Source: an uncultured Pelagibacteraceae bacterium (GTDB lineage: Bacteria > Pseudomonadota > Alphaproteobacteria > Pelagibacterales > Pelagibacteraceae). From it: a DNA stretch of 64,000 bases. Shown here piece after piece: positions 1-11,801 of this stretch. Under the pieces are notes generated by a model. The model had not been told where the DNA came from, ran no database searches, and worked only from the letters and a program-made list of their open reading frames with translations. The first letter of the stretch is position 1, and every line of letters starts with the position of its first letter. The position numbers and the translations under genes were made by a program. The stretch spans positions 1,324-65,323 of the forward strand of contig CACEWC010000003.1 of NCBI GenBank assembly GCA_902563075.1. The letters run 5' to 3'.

Positions 1-291
1 CAAATTTGTTCATCATTGAAAATTCCAAAAGAAAAAAGAGTGAACCAATTAACTGATGATGAGATCCTGAAAATAAGAGAATACATTGATCAAAATTTCA
101 AAGTTGAAGGAGATTTGAGAAGAGATTATTCATTAAGCATTAAAAGATTAATTGATTTAGCTTGCTACCGAGGATCTAGACACAGAAAAAAATTACCAGT
201 TAGAGGTCAAAGAACTAGATGTAATGCAAGAACAAGAAAAGGTAAGGCAATAGCAATTGCTGGTAAAAAATTAACACCATTGAAAAAATAA
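1..291 (+). CDS. rpsM: 30S ribosomal protein S13, 5'-truncated by window edge
   Basis: [23 protein letters not shown] motif; frame open to position 1; precedes rpsK. Confidence 0.97.
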   Translation, partial: QICSSLKIPKEKRVNQLTDDEILKIREYIDQNFKVEGDLRRDYSLSIKRLIDLACYRGSRHRKKLPVRGQRTRCNARTRKGKAIAIAGKKLTPLKK

Positions 292-293
292 AC

Positions 294-743
294 ATGGCTA
301 AAGTAGAAAAGGTTGAAAAAAAAGACCAAAAAAGTGAAAAGACTGTAAGTAAAGTAAAAAAAAGTTCTTACTCTAAAAAGAAAAAAGTTAAAAAAAATAT
401 TTTGAATGGTATTGCTTATGTTCAGTCAACTTTCAATAATACTATTATCTCCATCGCAGATACAAATGGAAATGTCATTTCATGGGCCTCAGCTGGCCAA
501 AAAGGTTTTAAGGGTTCTAGAAAATCTACACCATATGCTGCACAAATAGCAGCCGATGCAGCTGCATCGAAAGCATTAGAATTTGGTATGAAAACATTAT
601 CAGTTGAAGTTAAGGGACCAGGTTCAGGAAGAGAAACAGCTTTAAGAGCTTTACAAGCGAGAGGATTTAAAATTTTATCAATTAAAGATACAACACCGAT
701 GCCACACAACGGTACTAGGCCACCAAAAAAAAGGAGAGTTTAA
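294..743 (+). CDS. rpsK: 30S ribosomal protein S11 with Lys-rich N-terminal extension
   Basis: [37 protein letters not shown]. Confidence 0.98.
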   Translation: MAKVEKVEKKDQKSEKTVSKVKKSSYSKKKKVKKNILNGIAYVQSTFNNTIISIADTNGNVISWASAGQKGFKGSRKSTPYAAQIAADAAASKALEFGMKTLSVEVKGPGSGRETALRALQARGFKILSIKDTTPMPHNGTRPPKKRRV

Positions 744-1771
744 TGGAAACTGAAAATGTAAATATAAAAAATTGGAAATCACTAATTAAACCATCAAAAA
801 TTGACGTGCAAATGAGTGATGATTTGTCTAAAGCAAAGATAGTAGCCGAGCCTCTTGAAAAAGGTTATGGTTTAACTTTAGGTAATTCATTAAGAAGAAT
901 TTTATTATCTTCAATTAGAGGAGCAGCTGTCACATCTATACAAATAGATGGTGTACTTCATGAGTTTACCTCTATAAAAGGTGTGAGAGAAGATGTTACT
1001 GATATAGTTTTAAACGTAAAATCTCTCGCATTAAAGTCGTCTTCTGAGGGAACTAAAAAACTTATTTTAGACGCAAAAGGACCTGGTGAAATTAAGGCTT
1101 CAGATATTACTCCTGTAGCTGATGTTGAAATTTTAAATCCTGAACTAGTAATTTGTAATCTAGATGAAAATACAAGCTTTCATATGGAAATGAATGTTAA
1201 TACTGGAAAGGGTTATGTTCCAGCAGAACTAAATAAACCTGAGGAACCACCTTTAGGATTGATTGCTATAGACTCTTTATATAGTCCTGTTAAAAAAGTT
1301 TCTTATTCTGTAAGTACTGCAAGGGAAGGTAAAGCTCTAGACTATGATAAACTTACAATGGAAGTTGAAACAGATGGTTCAATCTCAGCAGAAGATGCGG
1401 TTGCTTATTCTGCAAGAATTTTCCAAGATCAACTTAAAATGTTTATTAATTTTGATGAGCCAGTAGAGGCACCCGTTAAAGAAGTTTCAACAGAACCAGA
1501 ATTTAATAAAAATCTGTTAAGAAAAGTTGATGAATTGGAATTATCTGTACGTTCAATGAATTGTTTGAAAAATGATAACATAATTTATATTGGTGATCTT
1601 GTGCAAAAGTCTGAAGGGGAAATGCTTAGAACACCAAATTTTGGAAGAAAATCACTTAATGAAATTAAAGAGGTTTTAACAGGAATGTCTTTGTATTTGG
1701 GTATGGAGATACCAAATTGGCCACCAGACAACATTGCTGAAATGTCTAAAAAACTTGAGGAAGCAATCTAA
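743..1771 (+). CDS. rpoA: RNA polymerase subunit alpha
   Basis: [22 protein letters not shown]; alpha-[27 protein letters not shown]. Confidence 0.99.
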   Translation: METENVNIKNWKSLIKPSKIDVQMSDDLSKAKIVAEPLEKGYGLTLGNSLRRILLSSIRGAAVTSIQIDGVLHEFTSIKGVREDVTDIVLNVKSLALKSSSEGTKKLILDAKGPGEIKASDITPVADVEILNPELVICNLDENTSFHMEMNVNTGKGYVPAELNKPEEPPLGLIAIDSLYSPVKKVSYSVSTAREGKALDYDKLTMEVETDGSISAEDAVAYSARIFQDQLKMFINFDEPVEAPVKEVSTEPEFNKNLLRKVDELELSVRSMNCLKNDNIIYIGDLVQKSEGEMLRTPNFGRKSLNEIKEVLTGMSLYLGMEIPNWPPDNIAEMSKKLEEAI

Positions 1772-2221
1772 ATGAGACATGGATTTGCTAATAAGAAGCT
1801 TAATAGAACATCTGAGCACAGAAAAGCATTGTTAAAAAACATGCTTAATTCACTGATTAAATATGAGCAAATTAAAACAACATTACCAAAGGCAAAGTTT
1901 TTAAAGCCTCAGGCTGATAAAATTATTACATTAGGGAAGAGAGATACTCTTCATAACACAAAAGCTTTAGTTTCACAGTTACAAGATATTAAATCTGCAA
2001 ACAAAGTTAGAAAGACATTATCAAAAAGATACGAGAAAAGATCAGGTGGTTATACAAGAATAATTAAAGCTGGTTTCAGATATGGTGATAATGCACCGAT
2101 GGCAATTATTGAATTTGTTGACAGAGATGTTGAAGCAAAAAAAGTTGATAAAAAGAAAAAATCTGCTTCAAAAGAGCCTGAAAAAAAAGAAGATAAAAAA
2201 CCAGTTACTGTATCAAAATAA
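1772..2221 (+). CDS. rplQ: 50S ribosomal protein L17
   Basis: [19 protein letters not shown]; [23 protein letters not shown]. Confidence 0.98.
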   Translation: MRHGFANKKLNRTSEHRKALLKNMLNSLIKYEQIKTTLPKAKFLKPQADKIITLGKRDTLHNTKALVSQLQDIKSANKVRKTLSKRYEKRSGGYTRIIKAGFRYGDNAPMAIIEFVDRDVEAKKVDKKKKSASKEPEKKEDKKPVTVSK

Positions 2222-2230
2222 TATTTTTAT

Positions 2231-3148
2231 ATGCTAAAAAGTTACATCGTTGATTCAACGTGTAATAACATGCGTGTTGATAGATGGATACGGAATAAAA
2301 TTGGAAGAATTCCTCAAGGACTAATTGAAAAATCTCTAAGATCAGGCAAAATTAAGGTTAATAAAAAAAAAATAAAAAGTTCACATAAGATAAAATCTAA
2401 TGATAAAATTAATTTTTATGGCTTTAAATTTGAAGAAAGAATTCGACAAAAAAAAATAAGTTTTAATCCCTCTAATCAAATAATCAAAGCAAATGAAAAT
2501 TTGATAATTGATAACAATGAAAATTTTATCGTCTTAAATAAAAGTGCTGGTATTTCTGTTCAAGGTGGAACAAAATCAAAAAAAAACCTAATTGATATAT
2601 TTAAAAAAAGTGAAATTTTTTCAGACTCAAAACCTTTTTCTGTCCACAGATTAGATAAAGATACATCGGGTGTTTTTTTAATGGCTAAAAATAGAGAAAC
2701 AGCACAATTATTAACATCATTATTTAGGTTGAGAAAAGTCCACAAAACCTACCTAGCTATATGTCATGGTGAGCTTGAAAAAAATTCAGGAGAATGGAAT
2801 GATGATTTAGTACGCTACGATAATGGAAAAAAAATTATTGAGAAAGCAAAAACAATTTACAAAGTTATTGATAAAAATTCTAACTCTAGTCTAGTTGAAA
2901 TGAAACCTATTACTGGGAGAAAACACCAATTAAGAAAACAACTCTTCAATATTGGTCACTCAATTTATGGGGATAATAAATATAAATCTTTCACCAAAAC
3001 AATTGGTTTTAATAAAGAACTAATGCTACACGCATATGAAATAAGATTTATGATTAAGGCTAAAAAATTTACTTATAAAGCTTTACTACCTGATTATTTT
3101 AAAAAATTATTAAAAATAAAAAGACTTACTTATTCAAATTTGAAATAA
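2231..3148 (+). CDS. RluA/RluC-family RNA pseudouridine synthase with N-terminal S4-like domain
   Basis: [10 protein letters not shown] catalytic motif; TGRKHQLR; LMLHA. Confidence 0.93.
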   Translation: MLKSYIVDSTCNNMRVDRWIRNKIGRIPQGLIEKSLRSGKIKVNKKKIKSSHKIKSNDKINFYGFKFEERIRQKKISFNPSNQIIKANENLIIDNNENFIVLNKSAGISVQGGTKSKKNLIDIFKKSEIFSDSKPFSVHRLDKDTSGVFLMAKNRETAQLLTSLFRLRKVHKTYLAICHGELEKNSGEWNDDLVRYDNGKKIIEKAKTIYKVIDKNSNSSLVEMKPITGRKHQLRKQLFNIGHSIYGDNKYKSFTKTIGFNKELMLHAYEIRFMIKAKKFTYKALLPDYFKKLLKIKRLTYSNLK

Positions 3149-3746
3149 AGATTTCTACTAGTTTTTTTCCTAATTCTTTATAATCCTGATCTTTGATTTG
3201 TTTTAGATTTGTTATCCCTTTGTCTTTAACACCACATGGAATTATCGCTTTATATTTTTCTAAATTGTTATTAATATTAATTGAAAAACCATGATAGGCT
3301 ATCCATTTACTAATTCTTACTCCAATCGCAGCAACTTTTTTTGTTTGTTTGTTATCTTTGTACCATATGCCAATATTTTCTTTATCTGAAAAAGTTTTTA
3401 TATCAAAAAATTGCAGTGTATCTATTATTGTTTTTTCTATAATTGAAATAAAATTTCTAATATCTTTTTTTCTTTTTTTTAAGTCTATTACAAAATAACA
3501 AATTAGTTGACCTGGTCCATGATAAGTAATTTTACCACCTCTATTTGTCTCTAAAATCTTAATTGATTTATCTAAAATATCACTCTCATTATAGCTTGTC
3601 CCTGCTGTATAAATGTCTGGATGTTCTAAAGTCCAAATTAATTCATTTGATTTATTTAGATTCACATTTAATAATCTTTCCTCCATCAATTTTTTAGCAT
3701 CCTCATAAATGACAGGTTTTTCAGACTTTTTAATTTCTATACTCAT
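3126..3746 (-). CDS. lipB: Lipoyl(octanoyl) transferase
   Basis: [41 protein letters not shown]. Confidence 0.96.
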   Translation of the reverse strand: MSIEIKKSEKPVIYEDAKKLMEERLLNVNLNKSNELIWTLEHPDIYTAGTSYNESDILDKSIKILETNRGGKITYHGPGQLICYFVIDLKKRKKDIRNFISIIEKTIIDTLQFFDIKTFSDKENIGIWYKDNKQTKKVAAIGVRISKWIAYHGFSININNNLEKYKAIIPCGVKDKGITNLKQIKDQDYKELGKKLVEIFISNLNK

Positions 3747-3806
3747 TTAAAAATTGTAATCTTTTGATTATGTATTAAAAGATCGACCTAAATAATAGAA
3801 AAATTT

Positions 3807-5180
3807 ATGACTTTAATTAAAAAAATCAAAGATAAAAAAGTCAATTTTGAATTTAATAAAGAGTACATAAAAGTAGTCACTGATAAAATTTCAAATAATG
3901 ATGCAACTTTTATCACAAATTCTTTTAAAGAAATGCATCCTGCTGATGCAGCTGATATCATAGAACACTTAAGTCTAAATGACAGAGAAAGTTTAATAAA
4001 ACTTAATAATTTCAAAATAGATCCTGAGGTTTTTATTGAATTAAATGAGTCAGTCCAAACTGAAATTATAAAATATCTTTCCTCTGATGCGATAGTTAGA
4101 ATATTAAAAAACCTGGAATCTGACGATGCTATAGCTATTCTTGAAAATGTAGATGAAAAAAATAAAAATTCTATTTTAAGTTTACTACCACCTAAAGATC
4201 GTTTTGCTTTATTGGAAGGTCTTAGTTATCCTGAGGATAGTGCAGCTAGAATAATGCAGAGAGAATTCACTGCAATACCAAGTAACTGGTCTGTTGGTCA
4301 AACTATTGATTATTTAAGAGAAAATAAAGATTTACCAGAACAATTTTTAGAGATTTATATTGTCGATGAAAATTTTAAACCTATTGGTGCCGTACCATCA
4401 TCAAAAGTTTTAAGAACACCAAGAGAAACAAAGATGTCATCAATAATGGATGATTCTATTTTTTTAGTGCCAGTAGATATGGATAGAGAAGAAGTTGGTA
4501 ACTCATTTGAAAATTATAATTTAAATTCAGCGTGTGTAATTGATAAAAATAACAAATTAGTTGGAATGATCACGTCAGATGATGTTCTAACAGTTTTAAA
4601 AGAAGAAGCGGAAGAAGATGCATTAAGATTAGCAGGTGTAGGAGATGAAGAAATCACAGATGGTGTAATAACAAAAACAAAAAGAAGATTTAATTGGTTG
4701 TTATTAAATCTTTTCACAGCTTTTTTAGCCACATATTGTATTAGTTTATTTGGAGCAACTATTGAACAAATGGTTGTTCTAGCTTTCTTGATGCCAATAG
4801 TTGCATCAATGGGTGGCAATGCTGGAATGCAGACATTAGCTGTAACTGTTAGAACTCTTGCCACCAATGATTTAACGAAAAATAATTTCAATCAAAATAT
4901 TTTTAAAGAATTTAATATTGGTATTTTAAATGGAATTATTTTTGCAATTATAAGTTCTTTTATTGTTCAGTTATGGTTTCAAGATATTATACTCTCTTTA
5001 ATAATTTCAATTTCAATGATTTTAACAATGATTGTTGCAGGTTTGTTTGGAATATTAGTTCCTGTCACACTAAAAAAAATGAATATAGATCCAGCGATAG
5101 CTTCAAGTGTTTTTGTAACAACTATAACTGATGTGATAGGTTTCGTATCTTTTTTAGGTGTGGGAGCTTACTTTTTATAA
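3807..5180 (+). CDS. mgtE: Magnesium transporter MgtE
   Basis: HPADAAD N-domain, CBS pair, ASMGGNAGMQT, DPAIASSVFVTTITDVIG. Confidence 0.95.
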   Translation: MTLIKKIKDKKVNFEFNKEYIKVVTDKISNNDATFITNSFKEMHPADAADIIEHLSLNDRESLIKLNNFKIDPEVFIELNESVQTEIIKYLSSDAIVRILKNLESDDAIAILENVDEKNKNSILSLLPPKDRFALLEGLSYPEDSAARIMQREFTAIPSNWSVGQTIDYLRENKDLPEQFLEIYIVDENFKPIGAVPSSKVLRTPRETKMSSIMDDSIFLVPVDMDREEVGNSFENYNLNSACVIDKNNKLVGMITSDDVLTVLKEEAEEDALRLAGVGDEEITDGVITKTKRRFNWLLLNLFTAFLATYCISLFGATIEQMVVLAFLMPIVASMGGNAGMQTLAVTVRTLATNDLTKNNFNQNIFKEFNIGILNGIIFAIISSFIVQLWFQDIILSLIISISMILTMIVAGLFGILVPVTLKKMNIDPAIASSVFVTTITDVIGFVSFLGVGAYFL

Positions 5181-5183
5181 AAA

Positions 5184-5996
5184 TTAAAAATTGTCTATTA
5201 GCCTTACTTTTTTAATATAATAGGCAATGAAAATTTTAGCATTTTTAATTTTGTTAGTTAATCTAAGTTTTTTTGCATCTCTTAATTCAAGATAATCAAT
5301 CTTAATATCATATTTTTTTTTGAGTTCATTTTTTTTCATAAAGATTAAATCTTTTAAATTTTTATTATTCGATAATTTTTTTTTAAAAATAAGAAGGTTC
5401 TTTGCTATTTTACTTGCTTTGCTTAAATCATCTTTTTTTAAAAGAGTATTCCTAGATGATAAAGCTAATTTATTTTTATCTCTTATTGTTTTGCAAGAAA
5501 TAATTTTAGAATTGAAATTTTTTTCAACAAATCTTTTTACTAATAATAACTGTTGGAGATCTTTTTCACCCATAAATATTTTTGATGGATTCACTATTTT
5601 TGTTAAACGAGTCATTATTTCAATCACTCCTTCAAAATGACCCTTTCTATACTTGGCACACATTATTTTATCATGCTTGTTTAGTTTAATTTTAATTCTG
5701 TTTTTAGCTTTATAGATATCTTTGATTTTAGGTAAATAAACAAAATCTACCTGTAGTTTTTTTAAAATTTTAAGATCTTTTTTTATATTTCTAGGATATT
5801 TCTTAAAGTCTTCTTTATTATTAAATTGTTTAGGATTTACGAATATACTTACAATGGTTTTATTGGATAATTTTAGAGATTTTTTAATTAATGAGATATG
5901 ACCATTATGAAGACTACCCATAGTTGGCACAAAGCCAATATTTGAAATGTCAAATAATGCCTCATTTAAATCAATATTGTTTAATAAAATTTTCAT
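5184..5996 (-). CDS. panC: Pantoate-beta-alanine ligase (start reassigned to ATG at 5996)
   Basis: GFVPTMGSLHNGHISL, SIFVNPKQF, GEKD.QQ, LALSSRN, VRLIDN. Confidence 0.95.
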   Translation of the reverse strand: MKILLNNIDLNEALFDISNIGFVPTMGSLHNGHISLIKKSLKLSNKTIVSIFVNPKQFNNKEDFKKYPRNIKKDLKILKKLQVDFVYLPKIKDIYKAKNRIKIKLNKHDKIMCAKYRKGHFEGVIEIMTRLTKIVNPSKIFMGEKDLQQLLLVKRFVEKNFNSKIISCKTIRDKNKLALSSRNTLLKKDDLSKASKIAKNLLIFKKKLSNNKNLKDLIFMKKNELKKKYDIKIDYLELRDAKKLRLTNKIKNAKIFIAYYIKKVRLIDNF

Positions 5997-6030
5997 TTGT
6001 ATAAAACATTTTAATAAGTAAAACATTTAA

Positions 6031-6846
6031 ATGATTAAACAAGCAATTATTCCATTAGCTGGTCTAGGTACAAGGTTATTACCTTTAACCAGTATATTTG
6101 CCAAAGAACTTCTTCCTATTAATGGAAAACCAGGAATTGAATATATTTTAGATGAATGCGCAGATGCTGGTATTAAAAAAATAGTTTTTATAATTTCAAA
6201 AAAAAAACAAATGATAAAAGATTATTTTTATAAGGATAGCTTTTATAAAAAGATAATTAAAAAGAAAAAAGATTCTAGAGTTATTAAAGAATATAAAAAA
6301 ATTTTAAAATATAAAAAGATGATTAAATTTGTTTATCAAAATAAACCTCTGGGAACAGGGGATGCAGTATTAAAAACAAAAAAATTTATCACAGATGATT
6401 TTTTTTTAATGTTATTACCAGATGATCTAATAATTAAAAAAAATTGTTCGAAGTCGATGATTAATATACATAATCGTTATAAATCATCTGTAATGGCAAG
6501 TATTAATGTCCCAAAAAAAACCGTTTCAAGATGGGGAATTTATAAATTAGGAAAAAAAATAAATAAAAATAATTATGTTATAAATGATGTTATCGAAAAA
6601 CCATCAATCTCTACAGCACCATCAAATAAAGCCGTAATAGGACGATATATTCTTCCAAAAAAAATATTTTCTAAATTATTAAATCAGAAACCAGGTAAAG
6701 GTGGCGAAATTCATATCACTGACGCTATACAATCATTGATACAAAACAATGAAAAATTTATTGCTCATAATTTTACTGGTAAATATTTGGATTGTGGAAG
6801 TATGGATGGCTATATCAAATCAACATTAGAAATCGCAAAATCATGA
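6031..6846 (+). CDS. galU: UTP-glucose-1-phosphate uridylyltransferase
   Basis: AIIPLAGLGTRLLP..KELLP; QNKPLGTGDAV; GEIHITDAI. Confidence 0.9.
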   Translation: MIKQAIIPLAGLGTRLLPLTSIFAKELLPINGKPGIEYILDECADAGIKKIVFIISKKKQMIKDYFYKDSFYKKIIKKKKDSRVIKEYKKILKYKKMIKFVYQNKPLGTGDAVLKTKKFITDDFFLMLLPDDLIIKKNCSKSMINIHNRYKSSVMASINVPKKTVSRWGIYKLGKKINKNNYVINDVIEKPSISTAPSNKAVIGRYILPKKIFSKLLNQKPGKGGEIHITDAIQSLIQNNEKFIAHNFTGKYLDCGSMDGYIKSTLEIAKS

Positions 6847-8144
6847 AACTCTGTATGATAGGAACAGGTTACGTAGGTTTGGTTAGCGGTGTATGCTTTG
6901 CTGATCTAGGAAATAATGTGATTTGTGTTGATAAAGATATAAAAAAAATAGATTTACTTTCTAGAGGAAAAATTCCTATTTACGAACCTGGACTTACAGA
7001 ATTAGTCAATAAAAATTATAAAAATAAAAGATTAAAATTTTCATCGGAATTAAAAAAATCAATAAAAGATTCTGATATAATTTTTATTTGTGTTGGAACA
7101 CCGACAAAAAAAACAGGTAGTAGTGCAGATCTAAGTCAAATCTTTCAAGTGGCAAAAGAGATAAGTTTATCAATTAATAAATTTAAGATAATAGTCACTA
7201 AGTCAACGGTACCAGTGACAACCGGTGATGCAATTGAAAAAATTTTACTAAAAAAAAAGAGTAATAAGAATAAATTTTCTGTTGTATCAAATCCAGAATT
7301 TTTAAGAGAAGGCGAAGCTATCCGAGATTTTATTTTTCCTGATAGAATAGTTGTCGGATCTAATGATAAAAAGTCCAACCGAGCAATGAATAATTTATAT
7401 GCACCTTTAATTTCTAAAGGAGCTCAATATATCCATACATCAAGAAGAGCTGCAGAATTAATCAAATATGCGTCCAATGCTTTTTTGGCTACGAAAATTA
7501 CATTCATTAACGAAATCGCAAATTTGTGTGAAAAAACAGGAATAGATGTAGAAGATATTTCAATTGGGATGGGACTAGATAAAAGAATAGGGAGCCGTTT
7601 TTTAAGAGCAGGGCCTGGTTATGGTGGATCATGTTTTCCCAAAGATACTAAAGCCATAACTTCTACAGCTGATAAATTCAAAATAAATCTTTCTGTCATT
7701 AAATCTGTCATAAAATCAAACGAGAGTAGATCTAATTTTTTACTTAATAGAGTCTATAAAATTTTAAATAATAAAGTTAAGAATAAGAGAATAACTTTCT
7801 TAGGTGTAACATTTAAAGCTAACACAGATGATATGAGAGACTCCTCTAGTTTAAAAATGATACCTGCATTATCAAAAAAGGGTGCTAAGATAAATTATTT
7901 TGATCCAACAGGTTTTAAAAAAGAATTCTCAAAAGTTAGAAATGTTTCTTATATTGATAATATAAGAGAGTCTGTAAAAGGCTCAGATCTTGTAATAATT
8001 CACACAGAATGGAATGATTTTAAATCAATTAATTTTAAGAATTTAACTAAAGGAAAAAAATTTATTATATATGATATGAGAAACATATACTCTCCTATGA
8101 AAATTAAAAAACAAGGTTTTAAATATTATAGTATTGGAAGATAA
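6843..8144 (+). CDS. ugd: UDP-glucose 6-dehydrogenase (start reassigned to ATG 6843, ATGA overlap with galU)
   Basis: IGTGYVGL, SNPEFLREG, GYGGSCFPKD, FKANTDDMRDS. Confidence 0.95.
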   Translation: MKLCMIGTGYVGLVSGVCFADLGNNVICVDKDIKKIDLLSRGKIPIYEPGLTELVNKNYKNKRLKFSSELKKSIKDSDIIFICVGTPTKKTGSSADLSQIFQVAKEISLSINKFKIIVTKSTVPVTTGDAIEKILLKKKSNKNKFSVVSNPEFLREGEAIRDFIFPDRIVVGSNDKKSNRAMNNLYAPLISKGAQYIHTSRRAAELIKYASNAFLATKITFINEIANLCEKTGIDVEDISIGMGLDKRIGSRFLRAGPGYGGSCFPKDTKAITSTADKFKINLSVIKSVIKSNESRSNFLLNRVYKILNNKVKNKRITFLGVTFKANTDDMRDSSSLKMIPALSKKGAKINYFDPTGFKKEFSKVRNVSYIDNIRESVKGSDLVIIHTEWNDFKSINFKNLTKGKKFIIYDMRNIYSPMKIKKQGFKYYSIGR

Positions 8145-8147
8145 ATT

Positions 8148-8609
8148 TTAATTTAGCTCGAAAATAGCATCGACTTCTACGGCAACACCTAAGGGAAGAC
8201 TATTTACACTTACAGCTGCTCTTGTATGCATTCCTGTATTACCAAAAACTGATGCAATTAAATCAGATGCACCATTTATTACTTTAGGTTGATCCTTAAA
8301 ATTATCAGTAGAATTAACAAAACCTGTTAGTTTAATACAAGATTTAATCTTTGTAAGATCATTGTCGCATGCCTTCATTATTTGAGAAATAATACTTAAA
8401 GCACATCTTTTTGCTGCATTATATCCAGAGTCGACATCTAAATCTTTTCCAACTTTTCCTTTTATTAGTTCACCTTTTTCATCAATTGAAATTTGTCCTG
8501 ACACGAATAACAACTTTCCTATTATTTTAGTTGCAACATAATTTCCTACAGGTGCTTTAGCATCAGGAAGTTTCAACCCAAGTTTTTCTAAATTTTTTTG
8601 ATAATTCAT
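8148..8609 (-). CDS. RidA/YjgF-family protein
   Basis: PVGNYV, LFVSGQI, VINGASDL, HTRAAVSV.SLPLGVAVEVD. Confidence 0.88.
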   Translation of the reverse strand: MNYQKNLEKLGLKLPDAKAPVGNYVATKIIGKLLFVSGQISIDEKGELIKGKVGKDLDVDSGYNAAKRCALSIISQIMKACDNDLTKIKSCIKLTGFVNSTDNFKDQPKVINGASDLIASVFGNTGMHTRAAVSVNSLPLGVAVEVDAIFELN

Positions 8610-11185
8610 TTTTTCTTTTTTTTCTTTTTTGTTTTATCGTATTCTTTTCTTTTCTCAATCAATATTAATGCTTCTTCCATTGTAAGTTCTGTTGGATCCT
8701 TTTCCTCAGGTATTGTCGCGTTTAGAGATTTATACTTGATATATGGTCCGTATTGTCCCTTCATGATTCTAACTGGTTTTTTATCCTCTGGGTGTTCACC
8801 TAAATCTTTTATCAATGAAGAAGACATTCTTCCTGGTTTAGCTTCAGCAATTAATGTTATGGCTCTATTTAAACCAATAGAGAAAATTTCTTCAATATTT
8901 TCTATTCGAGCCGATTTATTTTCACACTTTAAGTAAGGACCAAATCTTCCAGTATTTAAAGTAATTTCTTTTTGATTATCAGGATTTATTCCTAAAGATT
9001 TTGGTAGTGAGCATAAAAATTTTGCTTTCTCTAGATCAATATTTTCTAACGCCAAACCTTTTGGGATAGATACATTTTTTAAAAGTTCATTTACATCTGA
9101 TTTAAGTTTTTTTATTTTTCTTTTTTTCTTTGATGTTTTTTCAATTTCTATATCCTCAGGAATTTTTTCATATTGAAGATAAGGACCAAATCTTCCGTTT
9201 TTAAGATAAATATCATTACCGTTTTCGTGTTTTCCAATAAATTTTGGTTCAGCTAACTGAGCTTGGGCAGCTGCTTTAGCTTTAGATAAAGGTCTTGTAA
9301 ATTTACATTCAGGGTAATTTGAACAACCAATAAATGCACCGCCTCTAAAGCTATTTTTTAAGCTAAGTGTCCCTGAATTACATAATTGACACTTTCTTAC
9401 AATATTTCCTTTATCATCCTTATCGAAAACCAATTCTCCTAAACTATCATTTAAAAGATCTAAGACCTCTCTTGTTCTTTTTTCTTTTACTTCAGCCACA
9501 TTGTTATTGAAGTCTTTCCAGAACAGTTCCAAAACTTTTATCCAGCTTTCTTTACCAGTTGTAATCTCGTCTAATTGATCCTCTAAGCCAGCAGTAAAGT
9601 TATAATCCACATACTTTGAGAAGAGTTTTTCTAGAAAAGCTGAAATAAGTTTTCCTCTATCTGTAGGAAAAAATCTTTTATTCAATATCTCTGCGTAACC
9701 TCTATTTGCTATTGTAGAAATTATACTTGCGTAAGTAGAGGGTCTTCCTATTCCTAATTCCTCTAGTTTTTTTACTAAGCTAGCCTCAGAATATCTTGGA
9801 GGGGGTTGTGTAAAATGCTGTTCATCTATTAAGGACTCAATATTTACAAGTCCTTTAGACACAGATGGTAGAATGTTTTCATCATCATCCTTACCTTGAT
9901 TATTATATATCTTTAAAAATCCATCAAATTTGAGAACTGATCCACTTGCTTTGCATACTGTATCATTATTATTTGATGTAATCGTTATAGTATTTCTATC
10001 AAATTTAGCAGATTGCATTTGAGAAGATAAAGCTCTACTCCATATTAAATCATAAAGTTTATTTTGATCTGTGCTTAGATACTTTTTTACACTTTGGGGA
10101 GTTCTGATAATATCTGTAGGTCTTATTGCTTCATGTGCCTCTTGTGCATTTTTTGCCTTTTTACCAGAATAATTTAAGGCACTTTCAGGTAAATATTCAT
10201 TACCGATTTCTTTTTTGATATAATCTCTAAAAGTGACAACAGCATCTTTTGACAAATTAGTGCCATCTGTTCTCATATATGTTATCAAACCTATTGTTTC
10301 TCCTTCAATTTCGACTCCTTGGTAAAGCTTTTGGGCAATTTGCATAGTTCTTGATGCACCAAACCCTAATCGACTTGAAGCTGTTTGTTGAAGAGTTGAT
10401 GTAGTAAATGGTCCTGATGGATTACGATTTACCACTTTACTTGATATATCAGTAATACTAAATTTTTTTTGATTTATACTTGATATAGCTTTATTTATCT
10501 CATTTTTATTTCTAAAAGAGAATTTTTCAATTTTGTTGTTATCTAGTTGAGTAATACTTGCAAGGATATTTTGATTTTTTTCATCTTCAAATTTGACACT
10601 TAAAGTCCAAAATTCTTCTGGTTTAAAGGACTCAATTTCATGTTCTCTTTCAGTTATCAATTTTAAAGCTACTGATTGAACTCTTCCTGCCGATTTGGAG
10701 CCTGGAAGTTTTGTCCATAATATTGGTGAAATATTAAAGCCAACCAAGTAATCCAAGGCTCTTCTAGCCATGTAAGCATCAACTAAAAGCGGTTCAATTT
10801 GTCTTGGATTTTCAATTCCATGAATTACTGCTTTTTTTGTAATTTCGTTAAAAACAACTCTTTCTATTTCTTTATCTTTAAGAAGTTTTTTTTCATTTAG
10901 ATACTCTTTTACATGCCAAGCTATTGCTTCTCCTTCACGATCAGGATCGGTAGCTAATATAATTTTTGAGGAGTCTTTCGCTGCGTCAGTAATTTCTTTA
11001 AGATATTTTTTTGAAAAGCTATCGATCTCCCATTCCATTTTAAAATCTTGATCTGGATCAACAGAACCATTCTTAGAGGGTAAATCTCTAATATGGCCAT
11101 AACTGGCTAATACTTTATAATTATCACCTAAATATTTATTGATAGTTTTGGCTTTAGCTGGACTTTCTACAATGACCAAGTTCAT
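8606..11185 (-). CDS. topA: DNA topoisomerase I (likely start 11185)
   Basis: LVIVESPAKAKTI, ATDPDREGEAI, SAGRVQS, LITYMRTD, one Zn ribbon, C-terminal GRFGPY repeats. Confidence 0.98.
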   Translation of the reverse strand: MNLVIVESPAKAKTINKYLGDNYKVLASYGHIRDLPSKNGSVDPDQDFKMEWEIDSFSKKYLKEITDAAKDSSKIILATDPDREGEAIAWHVKEYLNEKKLLKDKEIERVVFNEITKKAVIHGIENPRQIEPLLVDAYMARRALDYLVGFNISPILWTKLPGSKSAGRVQSVALKLITEREHEIESFKPEEFWTLSVKFEDEKNQNILASITQLDNNKIEKFSFRNKNEINKAISSINQKKFSITDISSKVVNRNPSGPFTTSTLQQTASSRLGFGASRTMQIAQKLYQGVEIEGETIGLITYMRTDGTNLSKDAVVTFRDYIKKEIGNEYLPESALNYSGKKAKNAQEAHEAIRPTDIIRTPQSVKKYLSTDQNKLYDLIWSRALSSQMQSAKFDRNTITITSNNNDTVCKASGSVLKFDGFLKIYNNQGKDDDENILPSVSKGLVNIESLIDEQHFTQPPPRYSEASLVKKLEELGIGRPSTYASIISTIANRGYAEILNKRFFPTDRGKLISAFLEKLFSKYVDYNFTAGLEDQLDEITTGKESWIKVLELFWKDFNNNVAEVKEKRTREVLDLLNDSLGELVFDKDDKGNIVRKCQLCNSGTLSLKNSFRGGAFIGCSNYPECKFTRPLSKAKAAAQAQLAEPKFIGKHENGNDIYLKNGRFGPYLQYEKIPEDIEIEKTSKKKRKIKKLKSDVNELLKNVSIPKGLALENIDLEKAKFLCSLPKSLGINPDNQKEITLNTGRFGPYLKCENKSARIENIEEIFSIGLNRAITLIAEAKPGRMSSSLIKDLGEHPEDKKPVRIMKGQYGPYIKYKSLNATIPEEKDPTELTMEEALILIEKRKEYDKTKKKKKKK

Positions 11186-11221
11186 AAATGACAAACTACC
11201 TAAAAGAGTTAGATAGTCAAA

Positions 11222-11800
11222 TTAATAAATTTTTGTCTTAGTTTCTTCTTTATTTTTCAATCTTTTAATATTTTCTCGATGGGTAAAAAATATTAACACA
11301 AACATAATTATAAAAAAAAATATATCTTTAAATTGACCTATGACCAGTAAATAAACAGGAACTGATACAGAAGCAATTAATGAAGATAAAGATGAAAATT
11401 TTGTTATAGCAAAAATTATAAACCAAGATAAAGCAAAGATAATTCCAAAATAAATATTTATAGCAAATAGAATACCAACGTATGTTGCAACACCTTTCCC
11501 TCCTTTAAATTTCAGCCATACTGGAAACACATGACCTATAAATGCACATAATGATGCTAAATATAAGTAATCTGTGTAATAAATTTTAACAAATATTACA
11601 GGGATAACAGCTTTTAAAATATCAAGAGATAAAGTGATGTAACCAACTGTCTTGTTACCAGCTCTAAGTACATTTGTGGCTCCGATATTTCCAGATCCAA
11701 TATCTCTTATATCTTTTTTCAAAAAAATTTTTGTTAGTATCAATCCAAATGGAATTGAACCCATCAAATATGAAATTATACCTATGATTAAAATATCCAT
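11222..11800 (-). CDS. plsY: Glycerol-3-phosphate acyltransferase PlsY
   Basis: GSGNIGATNVLR, GHVFPVWLKFKGGKGVAT, HRENIKRL. Confidence 0.96.
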   Translation of the reverse strand: MDILIIGIISYLMGSIPFGLILTKIFLKKDIRDIGSGNIGATNVLRAGNKTVGYITLSLDILKAVIPVIFVKIYYTDYLYLASLCAFIGHVFPVWLKFKGGKGVATYVGILFAINIYFGIIFALSWFIIFAITKFSSLSSLIASVSVPVYLLVIGQFKDIFFFIIMFVLIFFTHRENIKRLKNKEETKTKIY

Positions 11801-11801
11801 G

